In this document: positions 19,778-29,057 of the stretch, piece after piece | How positions within the stretch are numbered: the first letter of the stretch is position 1 | Layout of the letters: every line of letters begins with the position of its first letter | Assembly: GCA_030615745.1 (NCBI GenBank) | Contig: JAUWYR010000008.1 | Span: forward strand, 762-64,761 | Reading direction: 5' to 3' | DNA from: Candidatus Zixiibacteriota bacterium | GTDB lineage: Bacteria > Zixibacteria > MSB-5A5 > SM23-73-2 | Length of the DNA: 64,000 nt | Notes under the pieces: generated by a model | Seen by the model: only the letters and a program-made list of their open reading frames with translations | Told to the model about the DNA's origin: nothing | Database searches by the model: none | Translations under genes and position numbers: made by a program

Positions 19778-20161
19778 GTGATGGATAAGTGTCCATTCTG
19801 TCATCTTAATTTAAGAGATACCGATAACTTCTGTCCTTTGTGCGGTTATCCACAGGTTTTGGCTTTGCCTTATAAACCTGTTATTAAAAGCAAAGGAACC
19901 TACGTTTTGCTGGCTATCTTAAGCATTCTTTTGGGAACCTTTTCCTTTATTTTTTCCTATGCCTCTTTAAACTTATTAGGTTTACTATTTGTCGTTTTCT
20001 CCCTTGTCTTTGCTGGTATATGTCTTGAGGGAATTGCGCACAAATTCAATGGAACTCTCATCAAATATTTAGCAATCACAGGATTGGTCTTAGGAATGTT
20101 CGGTTATCTTTTCTCAATATTTTTTAATTCCCATGTCCCCACCTCAGGCTATACCATGTAA
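19778..20161 (+). CDS. Zinc-ribbon small membrane protein
   Basis: CPFC...CPLCG followed by three TM segments; strong SD. Confidence 0.75.
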   Translation: MMDKCPFCHLNLRDTDNFCPLCGYPQVLALPYKPVIKSKGTYVLLAILSILLGTFSFIFSYASLNLLGLLFVVFSLVFAGICLEGIAHKFNGTLIKYLAITGLVLGMFGYLFSIFFNSHVPTSGYTM

Positions 20162-20170
20162 AACTTGTTT

Positions 20171-20205
20171 TATCTGCCTACTGCATACTGCCTACTGTAT
20201 ACTCT
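20171..20205. repeat. Heptamer array (CTACTGC family)
   Basis: tatctgc ctactgc atactgc ctactgt atactct. Confidence 0.75.
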
Positions 20206-20207
20206 TA

Positions 20208-21275
20208 TCAATACTTCTTCTCCTTCTCCTCTCCTTTTAAAACCCTTAATGCTCCCAGACTTAAAGCTTCCATCTCATCCTCTCCTGGAAAGACCAAAAC
20301 TTTTGCCAAAAACTTCACCCTCTGTTCTATCATCCTGACCAATTTTTTAGAAAAAGCTATTCCTCCTGTTAAGATTATAGCATCTATCTTTCCATGCAAA
20401 GTAGTTGCCATAGCACCGATCTCCTTAGCTATCTGATATACCATAGCCTCATACACAAGCTTAGCTTTTTGGTCTCCCACCTCTATTTTTTTCTCTATCT
20501 TTTCAACATCATCTGTTCTGAGATAAGCCAAAAGCCCACCACATTTGGTAAGTTTCTCATACATTTGAGTAGATGTATAACCTCCGCTTAAGCAGAGCTT
20601 GGCTAAACCCGTAACTGGAACAGATCCTGTTCTCTGAGGAGAAAAAGGACCTCCATCATTGGCATTGTTTACATCGATCATTTTTCCTTTCAGGTGGGAG
20701 CTAACCGATATACCTGAGCCAAGATGAACTATAATTAAATTGAGATTTTCATATTTCTTGTTTAACTTCTTTGCCGTTTTTCTTGCCACCATCTTGATAT
20801 TTAAAGCATGGGATAAGCTTTTTCTCGGAAGTTCAGGAAGCCCTGATATTCTTGCCACAGGAGGGAATTCGTCAACAGATACTGGATCAACGATAAAAGC
20901 AGAAACATTTGTATTCTTAGTCAATTCATAGGCGATAAGACAGCCTAAATTGGATACATGGTCTGCCTGAACTTTACCACACTTAACATCTGAAAGCATT
21001 CTTTTGCAAACTTTGTATGTTCCGCTCGAAAGTGGTTTGAAAGGACCACCTCTCCCTACTACTGCGGAAAGATTCTCTATTTTGATTTTATTTTGTTTTA
21101 AAAATTTTAAAACCAAATTTTTCCTGTAATTTAGTTGATCAATGGTTTTTTTGAAAACTTTTAGCTTTTTTTGAGAATGTGTAATTGTCTTGACGACCAA
21201 AAGATGGTCATCATCATACAATGCCACTTTAGTAGAAGTGCCCCCGGGATTGATACTCAATATCTTAAAACCCAT
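20208..21275 (-). CDS. buk: Butyrate kinase
   Basis: INPGGTSTK, VGRGG, HVSNLG, VDPVSVDE, HALN, HLGSGIS, LTGG, PGEDEM. Confidence 0.93.
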   Translation of the reverse strand: MGFKILSINPGGTSTKVALYDDDHLLVVKTITHSQKKLKVFKKTIDQLNYRKNLVLKFLKQNKIKIENLSAVVGRGGPFKPLSSGTYKVCKRMLSDVKCGKVQADHVSNLGCLIAYELTKNTNVSAFIVDPVSVDEFPPVARISGLPELPRKSLSHALNIKMVARKTAKKLNKKYENLNLIIVHLGSGISVSSHLKGKMIDVNNANDGGPFSPQRTGSVPVTGLAKLCLSGGYTSTQMYEKLTKCGGLLAYLRTDDVEKIEKKIEVGDQKAKLVYEAMVYQIAKEIGAMATTLHGKIDAIILTGGIAFSKKLVRMIEQRVKFLAKVLVFPGEDEMEALSLGALRVLKGEEKEKKY

Positions 21276-21294
21276 AACAACTTCTGCCTACTGA

Positions 21295-22359
21295 TCAAAC
21301 ATGCCTTTGTTTTAATCTTTTGACCTGTGCAATCCTTGCCTCCGCCATTAAATTGGCAGCCTCAGATGGTGGTAAGTCCTCTTTTTTTGATATCTCAATT
21401 ACCTTTTTCATCAGATCGTAGATCCCCCCTGCCTTTTTTAAAGCTCGTTCTTGACTAAATCCTTCGAGCTCATTTGCTACATTTATCATTCCACCAGCAC
21501 CTATAACAAAGTCTGGAGCATAAAAGATTTTTTTCTTATGCAAAATCCCACCATGTCGCTCTTTTTCTAATTGATTGTTTGCTGCTCCAGCGACTATTTT
21601 GACTTTTAGTCTTTCAATTGTCTTATCATTTATAATCCCTCCTAAGGCATTAGGAGAGAAGACATCAGCACAAACATCGTATACCTCATCTGGTTTTACA
21701 ATCTCAGCTCCGAATCTTTGTTTTGCAATCTCAGTTTTTTCCGGGATAATATCTGACACAAAAAGTCTACATTTCTCAGCACTTAAAAGCTCTGCTAAAT
21801 ACATACCAACATGACCTAATCCTTGAATAATAATTGAGGTTCCTCTCAAAGAATTTTTACCCGAAATCTCCTGAACGCAGGCTAAAAGCCCTGACTTTAC
21901 GCCTAAAGCTGTTACTGGGCCGGGATCGCCACTGCCACCTAAGGCATGAGAAAGACCACAAACATATCTTGTCTCATATCTCACAATCTCCATATCCTCA
22001 ACCGTTGTCCCAACATCTTCTGCAGTGATATATCTTCCATTCAAGCTCTCAACAAACCTGCCAAAAGCTCTTAAGATAAGCTCATTTTTATCCTTTTCTG
22101 AATCTCCGATAATCACACCCTGACCACCGCCCAAGTTAATCCCTGCTGCAGCAGCTTTATAGGTCATAGATTTTGAGAGCTTCAAAACATCTTCTAAAGC
22201 CTCATCTTCGGTGATATAAGGGAGCATCCTCACACCACCAATGGCCGGTCCTAAAGTGGTGTCGTGAATTGCAATTATCGAGCGCAATCCGGAGACCTTA
22301 TCAGAATAGAAAACCACTTGCTCGTGCTCTGACCTACCAATAGATTTGAATATCTCCAT
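21295..22359 (-). CDS. Leucine dehydrogenase-like protein with Gln at catalytic Lys80
   Basis: IAIHDTTLGPAIGG, MTYK, GGGQ (canonical GGGK), TAEDVG, QGLGHVG, GAANNQL. Confidence 0.85.
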   Translation of the reverse strand: MEIFKSIGRSEHEQVVFYSDKVSGLRSIIAIHDTTLGPAIGGVRMLPYITEDEALEDVLKLSKSMTYKAAAAGINLGGGQGVIIGDSEKDKNELILRAFGRFVESLNGRYITAEDVGTTVEDMEIVRYETRYVCGLSHALGGSGDPGPVTALGVKSGLLACVQEISGKNSLRGTSIIIQGLGHVGMYLAELLSAEKCRLFVSDIIPEKTEIAKQRFGAEIVKPDEVYDVCADVFSPNALGGIINDKTIERLKVKIVAGAANNQLEKERHGGILHKKKIFYAPDFVIGAGGMINVANELEGFSQERALKKAGGIYDLMKKVIEISKKEDLPPSEAANLMAEARIAQVKRLKQRHV

Positions 22360-22378
22360 ACTTTTTAAAAATATGGAA

Positions 22379-23152
22379 TCAACTCCATTCAGGTTTTCTT
22401 TTCTCTAAAAAGGCAGACATCCCCTCTTTGGCTTCACCGGAGGCAAAACATTCTCCAAATGCCTCCACCTCAAAGGAGCTTCCAGTAGCAAAATCTGTCT
22501 CTATCCCCCTGCTTATAACCTTTTTTGCTAACCTCACAGCAGTTGGACCCTTAGAGGCTATTTTTTGTGCCATCTTAAAAGTTTGATCTAATAAATTATC
22601 GTGTGGCACCACCTGATTAACTAAACCAATGGACAAAGCAGTCTGAGCATCTATTATCTCACCAGTGAGGATAAGCTCTTTAGCTTTAGCTGTCCCCACC
22701 ATTCGAGCTAACCTCTGCGTCCCTGCGAATCCCGGAATCACACCTAAATTGACCTCAGGCTGTCCGAACTTAGCCTTATCAGATGCGACCCTGATATCAC
22801 ATGCCATAGCCAGCTCACACCCACCACCTAAAGCAAAGCCATTAACGCAAGCGATTACCGGCTTTTCCTGTGATTCGATTAAAGAGAAAACTTTTTGACC
22901 CATCTCGGAAAAATCTATCGCTTGTTGCTTGGTCATATCCTTCATCTCAGCAATATCTGCTCCTGCAACAAAAGATTTCCCCTCTCCGGTGATGATGATA
23001 ACCTTTATCTTATCATCTTTGCTCCATAGGTGAATCAGATCGTTTAGTTCGTGTATGGTCTGGATATTCAATGCATTTAATTGCTGTGGTCGGTTGATTT
23101 TTATTATACCAATATTATCCCTTATCTCAGTTAAGATATTTTTATAGTTCAC
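22379..23152 (-). CDS. crt: Enoyl-CoA hydratase (crotonase)
   Basis: FVAGADI, NGFALGGGCELAMACD, FGQPEVNLGVIPGFAGTQRL. Confidence 0.9.
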   Translation of the reverse strand: MNYKNILTEIRDNIGIIKINRPQQLNALNIQTIHELNDLIHLWSKDDKIKVIIITGEGKSFVAGADIAEMKDMTKQQAIDFSEMGQKVFSLIESQEKPVIACVNGFALGGGCELAMACDIRVASDKAKFGQPEVNLGVIPGFAGTQRLARMVGTAKAKELILTGEIIDAQTALSIGLVNQVVPHDNLLDQTFKMAQKIASKGPTAVRLAKKVISRGIETDFATGSSFEVEAFGECFASGEAKEGMSAFLEKRKPEWS

Positions 23153-23164
23153 ACATCCTCCTTT

Positions 23165-24298
23165 TTATTTTAAAATCTCCCTTGCTATGACTATCCTTTG
23201 AATCTCAGAAGTCCCTTCTCCAATCTCACAAAGCTTAATATCTCTGAAATATCTTTCTAAGGGATACTCTCTTAAATATCCATATCCTCCGAAAATCTGA
23301 ATAGCCTGATAACAGACCCATCTCCCTATCTCAGATGCATAAAGCTTAGCCATTGCTGATTCCTTGATATATGGTCTGTTTTTGTCCTTTAGCCGGCAAG
23401 CATAATAGATCAAATGCCGGGCTGCCTCTATTTTAGTAGCCATATCTGCGAGCTTCCACTGAATTGCTTGAAAGGAAGAAATCGGTTTTTCGAACTGAAT
23501 TCTTTCCTTAGCATATCTTAAAGCCATATCATAAGCTCCTTGGGCAATGCCCAAAGCCATTGCTCCAATACTCACCCTCCCCCCATCCAAGGTTATAAGA
23601 AATTGCTTGAAACCATCGCCCTCTTTTCCTAAAAGGTTCTCCTTGGGAACTTTAACATTCTCTAAAACAAGCTCTGCAGTATCCGACCCCCTTAATCCCA
23701 TCTTATTCTCTTTTTTCCCCACATTCAGACCGGGCATTCCCTTCTCCAAGATGAAATTACTGATTCCCTTAGAACCTTTGGTTGGGGCAGTCCTGGCAGT
23801 GATCACCATTATATCAGCCACGCTGGCATTGGTTATAAAACATTTCGAACCATTGATCAAATAATAATCACCAATCAATTTAGCAGTTGATTTTGTGGCA
23901 CCAGCATCTGAGCCTGCCTCAGTCTCGGTTAAACCAAATGCACCAATTTTTTTCCCTTTAGCCAAAGGTGGAATATATTTTTTTTTCTGCTCTTCGGTTC
24001 CAAAAAGATACAAGGGATAAACTGCTAAAGAATTATGTGCGGCAACTGTGATACCTGTTGAACCACATACTCTGGAGAGCTCCTCCACTGCTATGGCATA
24101 ACTTATCATGTCATCCCCGGTTCCACCATATTCTTCTGGAACCACCATCCCCATGATCCCTAACTCACCAAGTTTTTTGAAGTTATCATAAGGAAACTTT
24201 TGTTCCTCGTCGATCTCCTTTGCCTTAGGCTCAATATACCTTTCAGCGAACTCCTTTATTTTCTTTCTGAAGTTTTCATGTTTTTCCTCAAGTATCAT
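23165..24298 (-). CDS. Acyl-CoA dehydrogenase (short/branched chain)
   Basis: FGLTETEAGSDA, KMGLRGSDT, GGYGY, IGEGTSEIQR. Confidence 0.92.
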   Translation of the reverse strand: MILEEKHENFRKKIKEFAERYIEPKAKEIDEEQKFPYDNFKKLGELGIMGMVVPEEYGGTGDDMISYAIAVEELSRVCGSTGITVAAHNSLAVYPLYLFGTEEQKKKYIPPLAKGKKIGAFGLTETEAGSDAGATKSTAKLIGDYYLINGSKCFITNASVADIMVITARTAPTKGSKGISNFILEKGMPGLNVGKKENKMGLRGSDTAELVLENVKVPKENLLGKEGDGFKQFLITLDGGRVSIGAMALGIAQGAYDMALRYAKERIQFEKPISSFQAIQWKLADMATKIEAARHLIYYACRLKDKNRPYIKESAMAKLYASEIGRWVCYQAIQIFGGYGYLREYPLERYFRDIKLCEIGEGTSEIQRIVIAREILK

Positions 24299-24306
24299 TT
24301 TTTCTC

Positions 24307-25446
24307 CTACTTCAAAAGACCTTTTGAGATAACAATTCTTTGTGCTTCTGATGTTCCTTCATAGATTTCAGTGACACGAGCATCTCTAAAATATCTCTCA
24401 ACAGCATATTCCTTCATATAACCGTATCCCCCATGGATTTGCACTGCCTCGTTCACCACCATATTTGCAACCTCTGAGGCGAAAACCTTAGCCATCGAAG
24501 CCTCAACCGAACATCTTATATTCTTGCTTTTCAGATGTGCTGCCCGATAAACTAAAAGCCTGGCTGCATCTATCTGGGTTGCCATATCAGCTAATTTGAA
24601 CTGTATTGCCTGAAAATTACAAATCGGTTGACCAAACTGGACCCTCTGTTTAGAGTATTCCAAAGCTTCATCAAGAGCTGCCTGTGCAATTCCCACAGAT
24701 TGAGCACCTACCCCAATTCTCCCTGAATCAAGAAGGGTTAAGGCGATCCTTAATCCGTGGTTTTGTTCACCCAAAAGATTTTCCTTTGGTATCTTGCAAT
24801 CCTCAAATGAAAGCTCCCTTGTATCAGATCCCCTTATTCCCATCTTCTTCTCCTTAGCTCCGATATTTAAACTCTCTACATTTTTTTCAACCAAAAGGCA
24901 GGAGATCCCTTTTGATTTAGCTTCAGGATTGGTTAAGGCAAAAAAGACAAAAAGATCAGCGATTCCACCATTGGTAACAAACGACTTTGTGCCGTTAATC
25001 AAATAGTAGTCTTTATTTAAAAGAGCAGTGGTCTTTAAACTTCCTGCATCGGTTCCAGCAGATGGCTCGGTAAGTGAATAGGCACCTATCCATTCTCCCT
25101 TGGCTAATTTTGGAAGATATTTCTCTTTTTGTTTCTCTGTGCCGAATTGAAAAATAGCATCACACACTAATGAATTATGAACAGAAAGCGAAATCTCCAA
25201 TGCAGCGCAAGCCTTGGCAAACTCCTCCATCACCAGAATATAGCTTATAAAGTCGAGATTAGAACCGCCATATTTCTCAGGCAACATCATCCCCATATAT
25301 CCGAGCTCAGAAAGCTCCTTATAAATCTCTTTGGGAATCTCCTCCTTCTCATCGAACTCTTGGGCTAAAGGCGCTAATCTTTTTTGTGCAAACTTTTTGG
25401 CTTCCTCTTTTATCATCCTCTGATCTTCAGTAAGTTTAAAATCCAT
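24307..25446 (-). CDS. Acyl-CoA dehydrogenase (short/branched chain)
   Basis: SLTEPSAGTDA, KMGIRGSDT, HGGYGY, IYEGTSEAQR. Confidence 0.92.
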   Translation of the reverse strand: MDFKLTEDQRMIKEEAKKFAQKRLAPLAQEFDEKEEIPKEIYKELSELGYMGMMLPEKYGGSNLDFISYILVMEEFAKACAALEISLSVHNSLVCDAIFQFGTEKQKEKYLPKLAKGEWIGAYSLTEPSAGTDAGSLKTTALLNKDYYLINGTKSFVTNGGIADLFVFFALTNPEAKSKGISCLLVEKNVESLNIGAKEKKMGIRGSDTRELSFEDCKIPKENLLGEQNHGLRIALTLLDSGRIGVGAQSVGIAQAALDEALEYSKQRVQFGQPICNFQAIQFKLADMATQIDAARLLVYRAAHLKSKNIRCSVEASMAKVFASEVANMVVNEAVQIHGGYGYMKEYAVERYFRDARVTEIYEGTSEAQRIVISKGLLK

Positions 25447-25487
25447 ATATCCTCCTATTAACAGGATTTAACATAACGCTTCTTTAC

Positions 25488-26735
25488 TTAATCAGCTCTT
25501 TTAAAAATCATCGCAGTTACAGTTCGATCGTTTCCTCCCATTGAGATCATCAAAGCATATGGTTTGTCCGTATTGATTTTCACCTGGCAATCACCAGCTT
25601 TTTCAGTAAGTTGATGAACACAGTCAACCGCCTGCCTTACTCCTGTGCCACCAGTATAATGACCAAATCCGATCAATCCACCGGTTGCATTTGTGGAAAT
25701 CTCTGAGTTCAAATTTGTTTTTCCCTCTTGAACATAGGCAGATGCTTCCCCATATTTGACAAAACCAGTAGCTTCTAAGGCTAAAAGCCCGCCTATGGTG
25801 AAACAATCGTGAAGTTCTAATACTCCAATATCCTCTGGCCCAAGACCTGACATCTCATAAGCTTTTTGGACTGCCTTTTTCGTAGTTGACATTATGGTTA
25901 AGTCCTCAGGCAATTTCGTGACATCAGCAACAGCAGTTCCGAAACCAACAACTTCAATTGCATCCTTTTTATCAACTCCAATCTTTTTCAATCCATCCTC
26001 CGAAGCGAAGATCAAAGCGGATGCACCATCAGAGACTTTTGAACAGTCATAAACGTTCAGATGGTCAACAAAGGCTTTAGGATTAGGAGGAGTCATACCT
26101 AAAGCAAATAAATCCTCCGCGGTGTTATGGTATTCCTGAGCCTTAGGATTTCTTCTCGCATTTTCAACAGCCTGCTTATACCAAGACGCCATCCCTTTTC
26201 TCATATACTCATAGCCAAATTTTTCATAACATGCTCCGGCTCTGTCAGAGAATTGACCCGGGAAAAAGTAAGCGTGTCCATTTTTTCTCTGGGAAAGATA
26301 ATGCCCTGCTCCACCTAAAATATCCGCTCCATAGATCGCCTTGTAAGTGTTCTGCACCTCTACGCCGATGGTCAAAACAACGTCTGAAATTTCAGAGGCG
26401 ACCGATTTTATCGAGGTCAGCAAGCCCAGCCCACCTGAACCACAGGCGCCCTCAACTCTGGTATGAGGCTTGTATTCCAAGGAGGGATGAATGGTTGGAA
26501 TTAGAGCAGCTAAATTTCCCTGTTTGTTAAATCTTGCTGCCATGAAATTAGCTATTATCCCCTCATCGATGTTCTCAGGGTCATTTATCTGAGCTATAAC
26601 ACTCTTTCCAGCATCCTGAATATAATACTCAAGCCCGGGTCTGGGTTTTTTTGGATGGAATTCTTTTCTTCCTGTGCCTAAAGATATGGTGTTACAACCA
26701 CAGGTGGCATAAACTTTTTTTCTCGGCTTCCTCAT
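25488..26735 (-). CDS. Thiolase (SCP2-type, HDC motif)
   Basis: EGACGSG, DCSKVSDGA, ELHDCF, GGLIGFGH. Confidence 0.85.
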   Translation of the reverse strand: MRKPRKKVYATCGCNTISLGTGRKEFHPKKPRPGLEYYIQDAGKSVIAQINDPENIDEGIIANFMAARFNKQGNLAALIPTIHPSLEYKPHTRVEGACGSGGLGLLTSIKSVASEISDVVLTIGVEVQNTYKAIYGADILGGAGHYLSQRKNGHAYFFPGQFSDRAGACYEKFGYEYMRKGMASWYKQAVENARRNPKAQEYHNTAEDLFALGMTPPNPKAFVDHLNVYDCSKVSDGASALIFASEDGLKKIGVDKKDAIEVVGFGTAVADVTKLPEDLTIMSTTKKAVQKAYEMSGLGPEDIGVLELHDCFTIGGLLALEATGFVKYGEASAYVQEGKTNLNSEISTNATGGLIGFGHYTGGTGVRQAVDCVHQLTEKAGDCQVKINTDKPYALMISMGGNDRTVTAMIFKRAD

Positions 26736-26753
26736 CTTTTTCCTCCTTCTGTT

Positions 26754-28094
26754 TTAAATGTAGTTGTTTATTGGTCCATATAAATGATAAAATCCATTCA
26801 ACAAAACTTTGTTCACATCATCAGCTGAATTGGCAACCTTGGAATCAACCAGCCTCTGTCCAATCTGTTTTGAATTTCTCAGATATGCTAATGCCAGTTT
26901 TGCTCCCAGGGTATCTTTTGCCTTTAAATTCTTAAAAAACTCAGAAAGCTTTTCATTCTTTTTAGGATCCATTAAAAGTTTTCTCCAGGGATAAAAACCT
27001 TGAGGATAATCTCCTATTTTTTTATCTAATTCACCAGTCCATCCATCTGGGTCAAATATCTTGTATTCACCTTTGTCGATATCATATACCCCGGCTGGTC
27101 TTCCTTTTTCATATTTTAAAAATCCATCCTTCTGGGAGCCATCAGCCCTCTGACCACCAAGAACCTTTTTATCCACCATTCTCTTCAGAAGCTCCTCCTT
27201 AAGATTCTCTCCCTCGATATACGAGTCAACCGTGTCAGAGATACATTGATAAACATCCACTCCCACATAATCTATCAATTGAAAAATACCCATTGGACGA
27301 ACTAAAAGGTCACGGCTGATCTTATCCATTATGTAAATTCCACCAGGAAGGGAAAAGTCTTTGGCTAATTTTTTGGCTTCTGATATTGCAAAAAGACCGT
27401 CCCTTAGGAAATGACCATTTCCGATAAAGCCTGCTATATCGTTAGCAGAAACAATGACTTTGCGGAGCCTTTTTGCAAGCTCAGAGGAGAACTCTTTTAG
27501 CTCAGGAATTGTCTTTTCACAAGATATTAATTCAGCAAGCCTTTGAACAACTGGAGGATTATAAAAATGAAATCCGATTATTCTGCCGTCTAAGTTTGCC
27601 TCTTCATTTAAGATATGAATGGGTATTGAAGAAGTATTGGTAAGATAGATAGTATCCTTTGCACAGAGGTTATCAAGCTTTTTCAGAAGGTCTACCTTTA
27701 AATCTTTGTTCTCTATCACAGCCTCGAATACGACCTTTGAATCTTTTGCCATGTTCAAGTCTGTGTTCACCCTTATGACTGAGAACGCATCATCCACAAA
27801 CTGAGGTATGATATCAAAATTCTCAACAAGGTCTTCTCTATCCTTATACAAATTCCTTAAAATAATTGTTGTCTTTTCACCTATTTTGGTGAGTTGAGCC
27901 TTAAGATAAACCCAAAGCCCGTCCAATGCATCATCGTTAACATCGATTAAGTTCAGACGGTATTTTGTTCCTTCATTCTCAGGGAGATTTTTAGCCTTAG
28001 CCATCTCCGCGGCTAAAAGCAAAGCGATACCTGATCCCATTTTACCAGCCGCCCCTAAAACCGAAACGTTTTGCAATCTTTGGTCAAAATTCAT
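26754..28094 (-). CDS. 3-hydroxyacyl-CoA dehydrogenase
   Basis: GAAGKMGSGIA, EAVIE, TNTSS, GFHFYNPP, GFIGN, PMGIFQLIDYVG. Confidence 0.9.
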   Translation of the reverse strand: MNFDQRLQNVSVLGAAGKMGSGIALLLAAEMAKAKNLPENEGTKYRLNLIDVNDDALDGLWVYLKAQLTKIGEKTTIILRNLYKDREDLVENFDIIPQFVDDAFSVIRVNTDLNMAKDSKVVFEAVIENKDLKVDLLKKLDNLCAKDTIYLTNTSSIPIHILNEEANLDGRIIGFHFYNPPVVQRLAELISCEKTIPELKEFSSELAKRLRKVIVSANDIAGFIGNGHFLRDGLFAISEAKKLAKDFSLPGGIYIMDKISRDLLVRPMGIFQLIDYVGVDVYQCISDTVDSYIEGENLKEELLKRMVDKKVLGGQRADGSQKDGFLKYEKGRPAGVYDIDKGEYKIFDPDGWTGELDKKIGDYPQGFYPWRKLLMDPKKNEKLSEFFKNLKAKDTLGAKLALAYLRNSKQIGQRLVDSKVANSADDVNKVLLNGFYHLYGPINNYI

Positions 28095-28524
28095 AGTAAA
28101 ACCTCCATAGTTTTTTGTTCTCCTTGTTACTTAAACTCCTTTAGTTACTTTTTTATCCATATTGAATGATAACATCCAAAAGGAACAGGAAGAATAATCT
28201 TTAACCTCGACTCATTCAATTATCCTTTGTTCGAAGGGGATGTTATCATCCCCTTCTCTCAGTTATAAACATACATTATCATCCTCGCTTGAGATTTTTT
28301 TCACATACTCTGTCAAAAAAATAAAATCATTTGGAGTGTAAACCTTCAGGTTTACTTGTTATCAGCAAAACTAAAGCTCTGCAATCCACAATTAATCACG
28401 ATGACTTCAATCCTTTTCACACCTTACGAAAGACCACTTTGTCAAATCTTAGTATAATAAAAACCTTCTTTCAAAACAACTAAAAAATGAAGATTTTGTG
28501 GAAAAAAACAAGTCTTCTGCCTTT

Positions 28525-29031
28525 TTAATCTTTTACTTCAAGTTCAAGAATCGGCTCCTCAGTGTCAACTAAGTCATCTTCTTTAAAATTTATCTTTTTC
28601 ACAAACCCCTCTATCGAGGCTCTTATCTCGTGTTCCATCTTCATCGCCTCAACAATGGCAAGGCTCTGATTTTTTCTGACCTTTTCTCCCTCTTCCACCA
28701 AGATTTTTAGAATTTTACCGGGCATAGGGGCACATATTGCTTTTTTCCCCTCAATGTCAACCCCCTCTCTTTCAAATCTTTTCTCTTTTTTTGACTCAGC
28801 TTCCTGAATCACAAACTTTTCACCGCCAACAGAAAGATGAATCTTTTTTTCATGAAAAGCCATATAAAAAGGATAAGTCTTCTCATCGATTACCAATAAA
28901 AAAGAGTTTGGGTCTATAATCTCGCAAAAAGCCTCAATTCTTTTTTTCCCAAGATCGATAATATATTTCCCATCTTTTGGTTCAACAGATACCTTGTGAA
29001 TTTCACCATCTATAATAAGTTCATATTCCAT
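28525..29031 (-). CDS. Biotin carboxyl carrier subunit (probable methylcrotonyl-CoA carboxylase)
   Basis: APMPG...EAMKME biotinylation motif. Confidence 0.9.
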   Translation of the reverse strand: MEYELIIDGEIHKVSVEPKDGKYIIDLGKKRIEAFCEIIDPNSFLLVIDEKTYPFYMAFHEKKIHLSVGGEKFVIQEAESKKEKRFEREGVDIEGKKAICAPMPGKILKILVEEGEKVRKNQSLAIVEAMKMEHEIRASIEGFVKKINFKEDDLVDTEEPILELEVKD

Positions 29032-29057
29032 ATAAAATTAATATTTAAAGTTTTACT

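Noticed and set aside
28095..28524. Riboswitch or T-box in the 430-bp gap before the hydroxyacyl-CoA dehydrogenase
   Set aside because: Only a simple hairpin and a REP-like unit were seen; no T-box, cobalamin or other riboswitch consensus was recognised by eye.
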